64,000 nucleotides of DNA from Arsenicicoccus sp. oral taxon 190 (GCF_001189535.1 NZ_CP012070.1:1563972-1627971), one strand, 5' to 3'; shown: positions 48,762 to 59,006, numbered from the stretch's first letter. Numbers and translations are program-made. The notes: a model not told the origin generated them from the letters alone.

Positions 48762-50165
48762 ATGGCGTACATCGAGGTCGCGCAGGCGCGGGACACCCTC
48801 ACGGGGTGTCTCGAGGCGTTGCGCACCCTGGTGGACGGCCTGGACCACGTGCAGGGCTGTGACCTGTCCGACCTTGCGGCGACGGCGTCCCAGGTCAGCG
48901 CGGTGGCGCGGGGGCTGATGGTGGCGACGACCGCGGAGGCGAGCGCCCGCGGGGTGGTGGCGGAGTCCGGGTCGCTGACCCCCGCGACGTGGCTGCAGGA
49001 CCAGCGGGCGGCGCTCAACGACCCGGAGACCTACCAGGTCCAGCGCGCGATCGAGCAGACGCGGGCGCGGGAGCTGGCGCCGCTGCGCGAGGCGCTGGTG
49101 GCCGGGGAGATCAGCCCGGCCGACGCGTGCACGGCTGCTCGCGTCTTCCACGAGCTGCGGACCGCCACGGACCCGGGCATGCACACCGATCTCGCCGACG
49201 GCGTCCTGACCCTCGCGCGGACCGGGCTGAGCCGGCGGGCGCTGCACCGGTTCAAGAAGGAGGTGCTGGCGAGATACGGCACCCTGGACGACGAGCAGCG
49301 CAACCGTGACCACGGCGAGGCCCGGCGCGGGGTGTCGGGGTGGCGGCTGCTCGAGGACGGGCTGTGGGGCATCGAGGGTGTCTTCGACGGCGCGGACAAG
49401 GCGATCCTCGACGCCGCGCTGACCGCGCTCTCCGCGCCCGCTCCGGACAACAGGGAGGGCGAGCTCGACTACCGCTCGCCCCGGCAGCGGCGCGCCGACG
49501 CGCTGGTCACGATGGCGCGGCAGGTGGCTGCCGCCCAGACCACCGGCCCCATGGGCGCCACCTGCCAGGTCTCGCTCATCCTGCCTCCCGAGGCGCTGGC
49601 GCGACCCTGCGAGCACCGCGCGGTGGACGCGTTCGGGCTCTACCTCGGTACCCCGGCGGAGCCCTGCGACTGCCCGCGGTCGGTCGCCTCGACGGACGGC
49701 CTCGGCACCACGCTGCTGCCCGAGCAGGCACGTGAGCTGTCGTGCGGCGCGGCCATCACGCCCGTCGTGCTCGGCGAGGCCGGGCAGCCGCTCGCCGTGG
49801 GACGCACCCGCCGGCTCGCCACCGCCGGCCAGCGCACCGTCCTCGCGGCGCGCGACGGCGGGTGCAGCTTCCCCGGGTGCACGCGCCCGCCGTCCTGGAC
49901 GGAGGCGCACCACATCGTGCACTGGGCCGACGGCGGCCCCACCGACGTGACCAACCTGGCGCTGCTGTGCGGCCGCCACCACCGGTTCATCCACCAGCAC
50001 TCCATCACCGGGCGCGTCGTCGCCGACGGCTCGCGTGTCGTGTGGGACGTGATCAACACCGCGAGCGGGTGGCGACCCCGCGAGCCCGGGTGGTATCCCG
50101 ACCCCGGGCCGGACGCTGTGCCGTCAGGGCGGGCCGGACCGCCCGAGCACGACCTGGTCGTATGA
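48762..50165 (+). CDS. DUF222 + HNH endonuclease domain protein (REP13E12-type selfish element)
   Basis: C-terminal HNH motif WTEAHHIVHWADGGPTDVTNLALLCGRHH; lower-GC 100-bp region immediately upstream. Confidence 0.75.
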   Translation: MAYIEVAQARDTLTGCLEALRTLVDGLDHVQGCDLSDLAATASQVSAVARGLMVATTAEASARGVVAESGSLTPATWLQDQRAALNDPETYQVQRAIEQTRARELAPLREALVAGEISPADACTAARVFHELRTATDPGMHTDLADGVLTLARTGLSRRALHRFKKEVLARYGTLDDEQRNRDHGEARRGVSGWRLLEDGLWGIEGVFDGADKAILDAALTALSAPAPDNREGELDYRSPRQRRADALVTMARQVAAAQTTGPMGATCQVSLILPPEALARPCEHRAVDAFGLYLGTPAEPCDCPRSVASTDGLGTTLLPEQARELSCGAAITPVVLGEAGQPLAVGRTRRLATAGQRTVLAARDGGCSFPGCTRPPSWTEAHHIVHWADGGPTDVTNLALLCGRHHRFIHQHSITGRVVADGSRVVWDVINTASGWRPREPGWYPDPGPDAVPSGRAGPPEHDLVV

Positions 50166-50231
50166 CGCCCCGCCCCGCCGGGCCGCCGCATCCCTCGTGG
50201 CTGCGGCCGGCCCCGGCTGGGTGGCTCGTCG

Positions 50232-50699
50232 TCAGCGGCCCGGAGCGTGGTCCTGCTCTGCGTCGTGGCCGTGGCCGTGGTTGTGGCGGGGGTGGTGGCC
50301 GTCGGCGTGATCGTCCTCGTCAAGCTGCGCGACGAGCCGCGCCGGCGCGGTCGCCCGATAGCTGTCCTGCAGGATCTCGGCCACCTCGCCCCAGTCCGGC
50401 GCCTCCCCGAGGTCCAGGCCCGTCCACCCCGAGGCACCCAGGTAGCCCGGCACGTAGGCGCCAGGCAGCTGCCGCAGCGCCTCCCGGTCCCCGGCCGCGG
50501 CCTGCACCACCACGGACTTCGGGTGCTGCCGCCACTGCCCGTCCACCTTGCGCGAACCCCCGTAGTACGCGAACACCTTCGTCGTGAAGAACGCCGGCCG
50601 CCCGTGGGAGATCTTCACGTCGGCGCCGGGCAGCGCCAGGGCCAGCTCGCGCACGCGAGCCAGCATCGGGTCGTCCTCGTCATACATCGCCTCGTGCAT
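50232..50699 (-). CDS. MmcQ/YjbR family protein with His-rich C-terminal tail
   Basis: 155 aa from MHEAMYDE...; tail DHADGHHPRHNHGHGHD. Confidence 0.6.
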   Translation of the reverse strand: MHEAMYDEDDPMLARVRELALALPGADVKISHGRPAFFTTKVFAYYGGSRKVDGQWRQHPKSVVVQAAAGDREALRQLPGAYVPGYLGASGWTGLDLGEAPDWGEVAEILQDSYRATAPARLVAQLDEDDHADGHHPRHNHGHGHDAEQDHAPGR

Positions 50700-50769
50700 G
50701 GGTGAGCTCCGCTCCGGTGGGTCGACGTGACCAGCCTCGCGCATCGGCCCGCGCTGCGCACGGGCTAGC

Positions 50770-52683
50770 GTGACGACCATGACGCTGCCGCCGCCCGCCG
50801 AGCTGTCGGACGAGATCCGCCCGCAGGACGACCTGTGGGGCTTCGTCAACGCACGGTGGCTCGGCACCGACCCGATCCCCGACGACCGTGCGCGGTGGGG
50901 CCTGTCCGACCAGGTCCGCGCACGGGTCGCCGAGGAGCTGCGCGAGGTCATCGCGGCGGCCGGGCCCGAGCGTTCCCCCGGCGGTCGACGACTGGCCGGG
51001 CTCTACCACGCGGTGCTGGACACCGACGCGCGAGAGGCGGCCGGGTTCGAGCCCGTGGCGGACGAGCTCGCAGTGATCGACGCCGTCACCGGGGTCGGCG
51101 AGCTGCTCCACGTCCTCGGCGAGCGCCAGCGCGAGGGCGTGACCGGGGTGCTGGACGTCCACGCGGTCCCCGACGGGCAGGACCCGACACGGTGGTCCCT
51201 GCACCTCTTCCAGCGTGGGCTGACGCTGCCCGTGCCGGGGCTCTACGACCGCCTCGGTGCGGACCTCGCGACCTGTTGCCGGATGCTCTGCGCCGAGGCG
51301 GGGCGACCCGAGATCGCCGACGGCGCACTGCAGCTCGAGCGGGCGCTCGCCCAGGTCAGCTGGCCCCGCCCCAACGGCGACGACGACAAGGCCCTCACCA
51401 ACCCGATGACCTGGCCGCAGCTGACCGACCTGATGGGCCTCGACCCGCAGCCGCTGCTGCGGGGCCTGGGCGTCGATCCGGACCCGTTGCCGCTCAACGT
51501 CTGTCAGCCCTCCTACTGCGAGGGGCTCGGCCGCCTCCTGCGGGACCAACCCCTCTCCCGGTGGCGCGACTACCTGGCCTGGCGGGTCATCGAGGCCCGG
51601 GCGACCGCCCTGACGGCCGAGGCGGCGAGGCTGCACGACGACCTCATGGTCCGGGCGCTGACCGGCCAGCAGCAGCCGGCGCCGCCGTGGCGACGGGCGG
51701 TCGAGGTCGTCCAGGCAGCCCTGCCGATGACCCTCGGGCGGGAGTACGTCAAGGGATACCTGCAGCCGCGGACCAAGGAGCTCGCGCGCGAGCTCGCCGA
51801 GTCCCTGCGCGCCCAGCTGCGCTCGTCCCTGTCGCACTGCCCGTGGCTCGGCGCCGACAGCCGTGCCGCCGCCGTCGCCAAGCTCGACGCGGTCGTCGTC
51901 AACGTGGGCTGGCCCGACGCGTGGCCGGCGTGGGACGCGCCGGAGCCCACGGGGGGAGCGGTGGCGAGGCTGCGGGCGGCCGCGGCGTACGAGACGGACC
52001 GGGCCCTGTCCGTGGTGACCGGCCCGGTGGACCGATCCCTATGGGGGCCACCGCCGTTCGTGTTCAACGCGTTCTACCAGCCGTTCCTCAACCAGCTGCT
52101 CGTGACCGGCCCGGCGCTCGCCCCCGTCGAGGCGCATGCCGATCTCGCCGTCGTGCTCGGGCGTTGGGGCAGCATCATGGGGCACGAGCTGGGCCACGCG
52201 TTCGACTCCCGTGGGGCGCAACGGGATCCGCTCGGCCGGGTCCGGGAGTGGTGGACGGGGAAGGAGCGAGCTGCGTTCGAGGCGAAGGCGGCTCGCGTCG
52301 CCGCACAGGTCGACGGCTACCGGCCGCGGGGGGTGGACGACGCGGGCGTGGACGGCGTGCTGGTGGGTTTCGAGTGCGTCGCGGAGCTGATCGGGATGCA
52401 GCTCGCGTGGGACACCTGGTGCGCGCAGGCGAGTCCCGGGGAGCGGGCGCGCGCGGTGGACGGGCTGACAGGGGACCAGAGGTTCTGGGTGGCCAAGGCC
52501 TACGGCCGTCGCGCGGCAGACCGGTCCGCGACCGCGCGGCAGCGGCTGGCGGCCGACGTGCACCCGCCGTTCGAGGTCTTCGCCAACCTCGCGCGCAACG
52601 TCGACGGCTTCCACGCGGCCTTCGCGACGGTTCCGGGCGACGGGATGTGGCTGCCGCCCGAGGACCGGGTGCGGTTCTTCTGA
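50770..52683 (+). CDS. M13 family zinc metallopeptidase (PepO/neprilysin-like)
   Basis: HELGH zinc motif (IMGHELGHAF), M13 N-/C-terminal domains; 637 aa. Confidence 0.85.
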   Translation: MTTMTLPPPAELSDEIRPQDDLWGFVNARWLGTDPIPDDRARWGLSDQVRARVAEELREVIAAAGPERSPGGRRLAGLYHAVLDTDAREAAGFEPVADELAVIDAVTGVGELLHVLGERQREGVTGVLDVHAVPDGQDPTRWSLHLFQRGLTLPVPGLYDRLGADLATCCRMLCAEAGRPEIADGALQLERALAQVSWPRPNGDDDKALTNPMTWPQLTDLMGLDPQPLLRGLGVDPDPLPLNVCQPSYCEGLGRLLRDQPLSRWRDYLAWRVIEARATALTAEAARLHDDLMVRALTGQQQPAPPWRRAVEVVQAALPMTLGREYVKGYLQPRTKELARELAESLRAQLRSSLSHCPWLGADSRAAAVAKLDAVVVNVGWPDAWPAWDAPEPTGGAVARLRAAAAYETDRALSVVTGPVDRSLWGPPPFVFNAFYQPFLNQLLVTGPALAPVEAHADLAVVLGRWGSIMGHELGHAFDSRGAQRDPLGRVREWWTGKERAAFEAKAARVAAQVDGYRPRGVDDAGVDGVLVGFECVAELIGMQLAWDTWCAQASPGERARAVDGLTGDQRFWVAKAYGRRAADRSATARQRLAADVHPPFEVFANLARNVDGFHAAFATVPGDGMWLPPEDRVRFF

Positions 52684-52702
52684 CCCCCGGCGCGACCTCG
52701 CA

Positions 52703-53992
52703 TCAGGCGGAGAGGGCGTCGCGCATCGGCACGAGCTTGGCGTCGGACTCCGCCAGCTCGGCGCTCGGGTCGGACCCCGCGACGATCCCGCACCCCGCGA
52801 AGAGCCGGATCTCGCGCGGGTCCTCCTCCGACACCGCCCCGGATCGCAGGCCGATGCCCCACTCGCCGTCGCCGTCGGCGGACAGCCACCCCGCCGGCCC
52901 GGCATACCGGCCCCGGTCCATGTGCTCCAGCTCCCCGATCAGCCGGTCGGCGACGTCGCGGGGCGTCCCGCACACCGCCGCCGACGGGTGCAGCGCCTCG
53001 GCCAGGGCCAGCGACGTCGACGACGACGACAGCACCCCGGCCACGTCGGTGGCCAGGTGCATCACGTTGGGCAGGTGCAGCACGAAGGGGGCCTCCGGCA
53101 CGTTGATCGAGTCGCAGTGCGGGGCAAGGCGATCCACGACGGAGCGGACGGCATACTCGTGCTCCTCGAGGTCCTTGGACGACCGCGCGAGATGCGCCGC
53201 CAGGGACAGGTCTCGATCGTCGTCGCCGGTGCGGCGGATCGTGCCGGCCAGGACCCGGGACGTGACGAGGCCGCGGGACAGCCGCACCAGCATCTCCGGG
53301 GTGGCCCCCACCAACCCGTCGACCGAGAAGGTCCAGGTGTTGGGGTATCCGCTCGTCAGCCGCGCCAGCAGGTGCCGCACGTCCAGCGGCTCCGAGGCCC
53401 GCGCGGTCAGGTCGCGCGCCAGCACCACCTTGTCCAGCTCGCCGCCGTTGATCCGCGCGACCGCCGTCGCCACGGCCCCCATCCACTGCGTCGGCGTCAG
53501 CGCGCCGTCCCCGAAGCTCAGCGCGCTCGGCGCCGGCGCCGCCCCGTGGCGCTCGAGCACCGGTGCGGAGGCGGGCGACTCGCCGATCGTCGTGACCCAC
53601 GCGTCGGCGCCGCGGCGACCCACGACGACCGAGGGCACGACCAGCGTGCCCCCCGCGGCGGAGCCGGCGGCGTAGGCCATCGAGCCGAAGCCCAGCAGCC
53701 CCGTCCCGGCCACGTGCACCTCGTCGTCGACCTCGGCCCGCTCGACCACCTGGGTCCACCACGCCTGGGCGTCCGCGAAGCGGTCCGCGCCCTGCGTGGA
53801 CACGGCTGCGGCGCGCCCCCACCCGACGAGCCCCTCGCCACGCCGCAGCCACGAGAACACCTGGGCGGCAGGAAGGTCCGCAGGGACCATGGACACCAGG
53901 TCGCCCGGGTCGCAGATGCGGGTGGTGCCGACGTGCAGCGTCGGGACGGGCCCGCCCGCCACCTCGGCGGACGGTGAGGCGGCAGCGGTCAC
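52703..53992 (-). CDS. menF: isochorismate synthase
   Basis: chorismate-binding enzyme C-terminal motifs (GTPEMLV, AGGGIVAGSDP-like FAGCGIVAGSDP); start GTG 53992 chosen (ORF extends to 54739). Confidence 0.8.
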   Translation of the reverse strand: MTAAASPSAEVAGGPVPTLHVGTTRICDPGDLVSMVPADLPAAQVFSWLRRGEGLVGWGRAAAVSTQGADRFADAQAWWTQVVERAEVDDEVHVAGTGLLGFGSMAYAAGSAAGGTLVVPSVVVGRRGADAWVTTIGESPASAPVLERHGAAPAPSALSFGDGALTPTQWMGAVATAVARINGGELDKVVLARDLTARASEPLDVRHLLARLTSGYPNTWTFSVDGLVGATPEMLVRLSRGLVTSRVLAGTIRRTGDDDRDLSLAAHLARSSKDLEEHEYAVRSVVDRLAPHCDSINVPEAPFVLHLPNVMHLATDVAGVLSSSSTSLALAEALHPSAAVCGTPRDVADRLIGELEHMDRGRYAGPAGWLSADGDGEWGIGLRSGAVSEEDPREIRLFAGCGIVAGSDPSAELAESDAKLVPMRDALSA

Positions 53993-55149
53993 GGGGCGGC
54001 GACCTCCGCGGCGGCGCCACCCGTGTCCCCGGAGCCCTCGGAGTCCCCGGATCCCTCGGAGCCCTGGGACCCCTCGGAGCCCGGCAGGCCCCGGCCCTGC
54101 TCCTCGACCGCGTCGAACCTCGTCACCGTGATGCGCATGTCGCAGGGCAGCCAGTCGCCCGGTCGCACGGCCGTCGCGGACGGCACGGCCACCATCGACA
54201 CCTGCATGTGGGGCACGTCGAGGTAGGGCAGTCGCTTGCCGTCGAGGCGGAACGGGGAGGGGGCCCCGCCGACCTGGGACAGGACGGCGCGAGCGGCCTT
54301 GCGGGCTGCGAGCTGTGGGGTCATGCGGGGCCGGGCGGTCTCGATGCCGACGCCGTGGGCGGTCCCCCCGGACACGACGGCGAGCCAGCCGTCCTTGCGG
54401 ACCGCCCTCTGGGAGTAGCCGATCGAGCGGCCCTTGGTGACGGGGTGGACGTCGATGACCTCGCCGTAGGCGGTGAGGGCGGCGGGGTCGCCGAGCCACA
54501 GGTCGGTGCCGGTGCGCACGAGGATGGCGGTGTCGCCGGCGAGGCCGGTGAGCTGGCCGACCTCCTCGCTCGACAGGTGGGAGGCGAAGAGACGGGGCAC
54601 GCGCACGCCCAGCTCGCCGAGCCGGGTGAGCAGGGAGGACACGAAGCCGACACGGTCGCCGAAGGGCGGGTTGTGCAGGGCGACGCCCTCGCAGAGGGGG
54701 TCCTGGAGGGCGGTGACGAGGTCGGTGAGGCGCGGCCACTCGATGCCGTGCCGCCCCATCGGTGAGTCCACCTCGACGACGAATCGCCGCCCGCTGCCGC
54801 GGATCTCGCGCACCGTCTCCTCGCTCGCCACCGTGTGGACGAGGCGCGGGTCGTCGGACAGTCTCTCAGCCGTCTCAGCCGTCTCAGCCGCCACGGCCCC
54901 GGGTAGGGTGGGGAAGAGGACGAGCACGGACGTGTCGGCGGGCAGCGCGGCGAGCGCCTCGCGGGCCTCGGCAGGCGTGCCGCACGCGACGAGCGGGGCC
55001 GCCACGCGCCGGCACTGCTCGAGCACCCGCTGCGCCCCGATGCCGTAGCCGTCGCCCTTGACCACCGGAACCACCCAGGGCCGCTGCGCGAGGTAGGCGT
55101 CGACGTGCGCCTGCCAGCGGGGCAGGTCGATCACCAGCTTGAAGGTCAT
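53989..55149 (-). CDS. alanine racemase family PLP enzyme (fold type III) with C-terminal domain and Gly/Ser/Glu repeat tail
   Basis: VVKGDGYGIG PLP-Lys motif; contains in-frame tandem repeats (AETAETAE; GSEGSQGSEGSGDSEGSGD). Confidence 0.7.
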   Translation of the reverse strand: MTFKLVIDLPRWQAHVDAYLAQRPWVVPVVKGDGYGIGAQRVLEQCRRVAAPLVACGTPAEAREALAALPADTSVLVLFPTLPGAVAAETAETAERLSDDPRLVHTVASEETVREIRGSGRRFVVEVDSPMGRHGIEWPRLTDLVTALQDPLCEGVALHNPPFGDRVGFVSSLLTRLGELGVRVPRLFASHLSSEEVGQLTGLAGDTAILVRTGTDLWLGDPAALTAYGEVIDVHPVTKGRSIGYSQRAVRKDGWLAVVSGGTAHGVGIETARPRMTPQLAARKAARAVLSQVGGAPSPFRLDGKRLPYLDVPHMQVSMVAVPSATAVRPGDWLPCDMRITVTRFDAVEEQGRGLPGSEGSQGSEGSGDSEGSGDTGGAAAEVAAP

Positions 55150-56294
55150 CCGCGCCGCCCGAGGTAGACCTGGAAGGCCTTGTGCAGCAGCCGGTTGAGC
55201 GGCAGGTCCCACTCGCCGACCCGCTCGCGCACCTCGCAGCCCACGGAGATCTTGAAGCGCACCAGCCCCGCGTGGGGGTTGTCGGCGGCGATCTCGTCGG
55301 TGATGCCGCGCATGTCGTAGATCGCGCACCCCTGCTCCAGGGCGCGCCGGATCCCGAACCACTGGGTGCCGTTCATCGCGCGGGCCTCGCGGCGGGCGGT
55401 GGTGGACGCGCCGTAGAGGTACCAGCAGCGGTCGGCGACCGTGATGTTGATGGTGGCGGCGAGCAGCTCGCCGTCGAGCTCGCCGAGGGCCAGCTCGAAC
55501 CGCGCGGGCGAGCCCGGGGCCCCCATCAGCTCCGCCATGCGGTGGAAATAGGCCTCGGGGCGGGGCGTGAACCCGTCGCGCTCGGCCGTCTCGACGTAGA
55601 CCCGGTGGAACGCGGCGATGTCCTCGCGCAGCGTCTCCGGCGTCGCCACCCGCACCTCGACGCCCGCCTTGGTGGCGGCCTTAATGTTGCGCCGCCACTG
55701 CTGGTTCATGCCCTTGAGGAGCGACTCCTCGGTCTGACCGGTCAGCGTCAGGTCGGCCGTCAGCCGCGGCTGCCCCGCGGCGAAGCCGGGACCGTCGTCG
55801 GCGCGCGCCCAGCCGTGGGACTGCAGCCAGCTCACGATCGCCTGGCCGGACGGGTCCACGGAGTCGGGGGAGACGGCATACAGGCTGGTCCGGGTGTCGT
55901 CGGCGAGCGCGTCCTTGACGGTGCCCGGCGTCCAGCTGCGGGCCGTCGACGGGCAGCCGATGCGCAGCGTGAAGGCCCCCGCCGCCCTGGCGTGCGCCAC
56001 GAGCGGGCCGAACCACCGCTGCGGGTCCTCGGCCACCTCGTCCCACGGCAGCACCGGCCCCTCGGGCAGGTAGGCCAGGGAACGGCGCAGGCGCGGCAGC
56101 CGGCGGTGCAGCACCAGGCCGACGCCCTGCACCTCGCCCCGCTGATCGACCCAGGCGATCCGCTCGCCGACCCACTCGGACTTCAGGGCCGCCCACGAGG
56201 ACAGCTGCAGGAAGCTGCCGGATCGGGCCTCGACCCCGGCATCCAGCCCGTCGGCCGCCAGGGACACGATGCGCAGCGCGCTCGAATCGGTCAT
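55146..56294 (-). CDS. FemAB-family aminoacyl-tRNA-dependent peptidyltransferase (peptidoglycan bridge formation-like)
   Basis: 382 aa; motifs WYLYGAS, MRGI, LVRFK; stop overlaps downstream start (ATGA on minus strand). Confidence 0.65.
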   Translation of the reverse strand: MTDSSALRIVSLAADGLDAGVEARSGSFLQLSSWAALKSEWVGERIAWVDQRGEVQGVGLVLHRRLPRLRRSLAYLPEGPVLPWDEVAEDPQRWFGPLVAHARAAGAFTLRIGCPSTARSWTPGTVKDALADDTRTSLYAVSPDSVDPSGQAIVSWLQSHGWARADDGPGFAAGQPRLTADLTLTGQTEESLLKGMNQQWRRNIKAATKAGVEVRVATPETLREDIAAFHRVYVETAERDGFTPRPEAYFHRMAELMGAPGSPARFELALGELDGELLAATINITVADRCWYLYGASTTARREARAMNGTQWFGIRRALEQGCAIYDMRGITDEIAADNPHAGLVRFKISVGCEVRERVGEWDLPLNRLLHKAFQVYLGRRG

Positions 56295-56365
56295 GGTCCT
56301 CGTCCGGCTAGGGGTCTGGGGCGCAGCCAGGCTAGCACCGGGAACGCGCCCGACCCCGTGGGAAG

Positions 56366-57070
56366 ATGGCGCGCATGAGCAGAGCCTCCCTGTCCAAGGC
56401 GCCCCACGAGGTGGCCGCGATGTTCGACGAGACCGCGGGCCGCTACGACCTGATGAACGACGTGATGACCTTCGGGCAGATGCGGCTGTGGCGGCGGGCC
56501 GTCAACGCCGCCGTCGCGGCGCAGCCGGGGGAGACCATCCTCGACATCGCGGCGGGCACCGGGCGCAGCAGCGAGCCCTTCGCCGCGGCGGGGGCGCACG
56601 TCGTCCCGGCCGACTTCTCGCTGGGGATGCTGCGCGTCGGCAAGCGGCGCACCGCGACGCTGCCGTTCACCGCGGCCGACGCGACCCGGCTGCCCTTCGC
56701 CGACGACGCCTTCGACGTCGTCACCATGTCCTACGGCCTGCGCAACGTGGTCGACACCGAGGCGGCGCTGCGGGAGTTCCTGCGCGTCACCCGCCCTGGC
56801 GGCCGGCTCGTCGTGGGCGAGTCGAGCCAGCCCACCAACGCAGCCTTCCGGCGGATCTACTCCACCTACCTCGTCGGCGCCCTGCCCACCGTGGCGCGGA
56901 CGCTGTCGAGCAACCCCGACTCCTACGTCTACCTGGCCGAGTCCATGCAGGCGTGGCCGGACCAGCGGACGCTGGCCACCCGGATCCAGGCCGCCGGCTG
57001 GTCGCAGGTGCAGTGGCGCAACCTGACCGGCGGCATCGCCGCGGTGCACCGGGCGATCAAGCCCGCCTGA
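56366..57070 (+). CDS. menG: demethylmenaquinone methyltransferase / UbiE
   Basis: SAM motif LDIAAGTG; UbiE/MenG family. Confidence 0.85.
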   Translation: MARMSRASLSKAPHEVAAMFDETAGRYDLMNDVMTFGQMRLWRRAVNAAVAAQPGETILDIAAGTGRSSEPFAAAGAHVVPADFSLGMLRVGKRRTATLPFTAADATRLPFADDAFDVVTMSYGLRNVVDTEAALREFLRVTRPGGRLVVGESSQPTNAAFRRIYSTYLVGALPTVARTLSSNPDSYVYLAESMQAWPDQRTLATRIQAAGWSQVQWRNLTGGIAAVHRAIKPA

Positions 57071-57235
57071 CGTCACGATCCGGCGACGATCCCCCACGAG
57101 CCCCCCGGACTTAGGCCATCCTAAGGCGACATGGGAGAGAGTGCCTCTTAGACTCCCGGGGTGGTGCGCCCAGCGGCGCGCGGCCCCCGCCGCGCCCCAC
57201 GACGCGCCGGCACCAGACGAGGAAGCGGAGCGACT

Positions 57236-58561
57236 GTGACGGACGGGACCACCCCGAGCACGACGACGACGGGTGTCGAGTCCGCCGACGTCGTCGTCGT
57301 CGGAGCCGGGCCGGGAGGGTCCGCCACGGCCACCTACCTCGCCCGCGCGGGCCTGGACGTGGTGCTGCTGGAGAAGGCCACCTTTCCCCGGGACAAGATC
57401 TGCGGCGACGGGCTCACGCCCCGAGCGGTGCGCGAGCTGACCGCGCTGGGCGTGTCGATGCGGCCCGAGGACGGCTGGATCCGCAACCGCGGCCTGCGCA
57501 TCGTCGGCGCCGGCCAGACCTTCCAGCTCGACTGGCCCGAGTCCTCCTCCTTCCCCGGCTTCGGCACCGCCCGGGCCCGCGCCACCCTCGACGAGACCCT
57601 CGCCCGGCACGCCCAGGCTGCGGGCGCCCGGCTGCACGAGGGCGTCAGCGTCACCGCGCCGATCCTGCAGGACGGCCGCGTCGTCGGCGTCACCGCCAAG
57701 GTCCTCCAGGACGGCCGCGCCACCGGGGAGACCCGGGCGTGGCGCGCCCCCGTCGTGGTGGCCTGCGACGGCGTCTCCAGCCGCCTGGCCACCGCCGTCG
57801 GCCGCGAGAAGCTCGAGAGCCGCCCGATGGGCGTCGCCGCCCGCAGCTACTGGACCTCCCCGCGCACGCACGACGACTACATGGAGTCCTGGCTGGAGCT
57901 GTGGGTGCCCGAGGACGCCACCGACCCGCGCTCCAAGAAGGTCCTGCTCCCCGGCTACGGCTGGATCTTCGCGCTCGGTGACGGCCGCGTGAACATCGGC
58001 CTCGGCATGCTCAACACCTCCCCGCAGTTCGGGCAGGTCGACTACAAGGACCTCCTGGGCCGCTGGGTGGCCACGCTGCCGCAGGAGTGGGGGTGCACCC
58101 CGGAGACCATGACCCAGCCGATCCGCGGCGCGGCGCTCCCGATGGCCTTCAACCGCAAGCCCCTGTATGCCGACGGGCTGCTGCTCGTCGGGGACGCCGG
58201 GGGCATGGTCAACCCGTTCAACGGCGAGGGCATCGACTACGCGCTGGAGGCGGGACGCCACAGCGCCGAGGTGATCGTGCAGGCCTTCGCCCGCGGCACC
58301 GACGCGGGCCGCGAGCGGGTGCTGCAGGTCTACCCGCAGGTGATGTCCGACGCGCTCGGCGGCTACTTCACGCTGGGTCGCACCTTCGCGTCGCTCATCG
58401 GCCACCCCGAGGTCATGCGCCTCGCCGTGAAGTACGGCCTGCCCCGCCGGACCCTCATGAAGCTGCTGCTGAAGATCATGGCCAACCTGGCCGACGAGCA
58501 CAGCCCCCACGTCACCGACCGGGCCATCACCGCCCTCACCCGGGTGGTGCCCTCCGCATGA
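57236..58561 (+). CDS. geranylgeranyl reductase family FAD oxidoreductase (MenJ-like menaquinone side-chain reductase)
   Basis: DVVVVGAGPGGS FAD motif; CGDGLTP; family Rv0561c-like. Confidence 0.8.
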   Translation: MTDGTTPSTTTTGVESADVVVVGAGPGGSATATYLARAGLDVVLLEKATFPRDKICGDGLTPRAVRELTALGVSMRPEDGWIRNRGLRIVGAGQTFQLDWPESSSFPGFGTARARATLDETLARHAQAAGARLHEGVSVTAPILQDGRVVGVTAKVLQDGRATGETRAWRAPVVVACDGVSSRLATAVGREKLESRPMGVAARSYWTSPRTHDDYMESWLELWVPEDATDPRSKKVLLPGYGWIFALGDGRVNIGLGMLNTSPQFGQVDYKDLLGRWVATLPQEWGCTPETMTQPIRGAALPMAFNRKPLYADGLLLVGDAGGMVNPFNGEGIDYALEAGRHSAEVIVQAFARGTDAGRERVLQVYPQVMSDALGGYFTLGRTFASLIGHPEVMRLAVKYGLPRRTLMKLLLKIMANLADEHSPHVTDRAITALTRVVPSA

Positions 58562-58637
58562 CACCGCGTGAGCAGGCCGCCGACCGGGACCCTAGGATGT
58601 TGACGCAGCAGACCAACCGAAAGGGGTGCAACGCGGG

Positions 58638-59003
58638 ATGAGTCTCAACCCGTACGTGCCGATCCTCTTCCTCTTCGCGATGGGCGTCGGCTTCGCCGCC
58701 CTGTCGGTGCTCGGCTTCGGCGTCATCGGACCGAAGAGGTACAACCGGGCCAAGCTGGACTCCTACGAGTGCGGCATCGAGCCCAGCCCCGTCGCCAAGG
58801 GCGGCGGCCGCGTCCCGGTCAAGTACTACGTGACCGCGATGCTGTTCATCATCTTCGACGTCGAGTCCATCTTCCTGTTCCCCTTCGCGGTGGCCTTCGA
58901 CCGGCTGGGTCTGTTCGCCCTGGTCGAGATGGTGCTCTTCGTGCTGACCGTCTTCATCGCGTACGCCTACGTCTGGCGGCGCGGCGGATTGGAGTGGGAC
59001 TGA
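58638..59003 (+). CDS. nuoA: NADH-quinone oxidoreductase subunit A
   Basis: 3-TM 121-aa NuoA. Confidence 0.9.
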   Translation: MSLNPYVPILFLFAMGVGFAALSVLGFGVIGPKRYNRAKLDSYECGIEPSPVAKGGGRVPVKYYVTAMLFIIFDVESIFLFPFAVAFDRLGLFALVEMVLFVLTVFIAYAYVWRRGGLEWD

Positions 59004-59006
59004 CCC

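Noticed and set aside
50835-53675. 946-aa plus-strand ORF
   Set aside because: Out of frame with, or antisense to, the M13 peptidase and menF genes; an artefact of stop-codon-poor GC-rich sequence.
58560-58640. Promoter for nuo operon (TTGACG at ~58598)
   Set aside because: No convincing -10 TANNNT at proper spacing, and no Rex operator either. Left unannotated.
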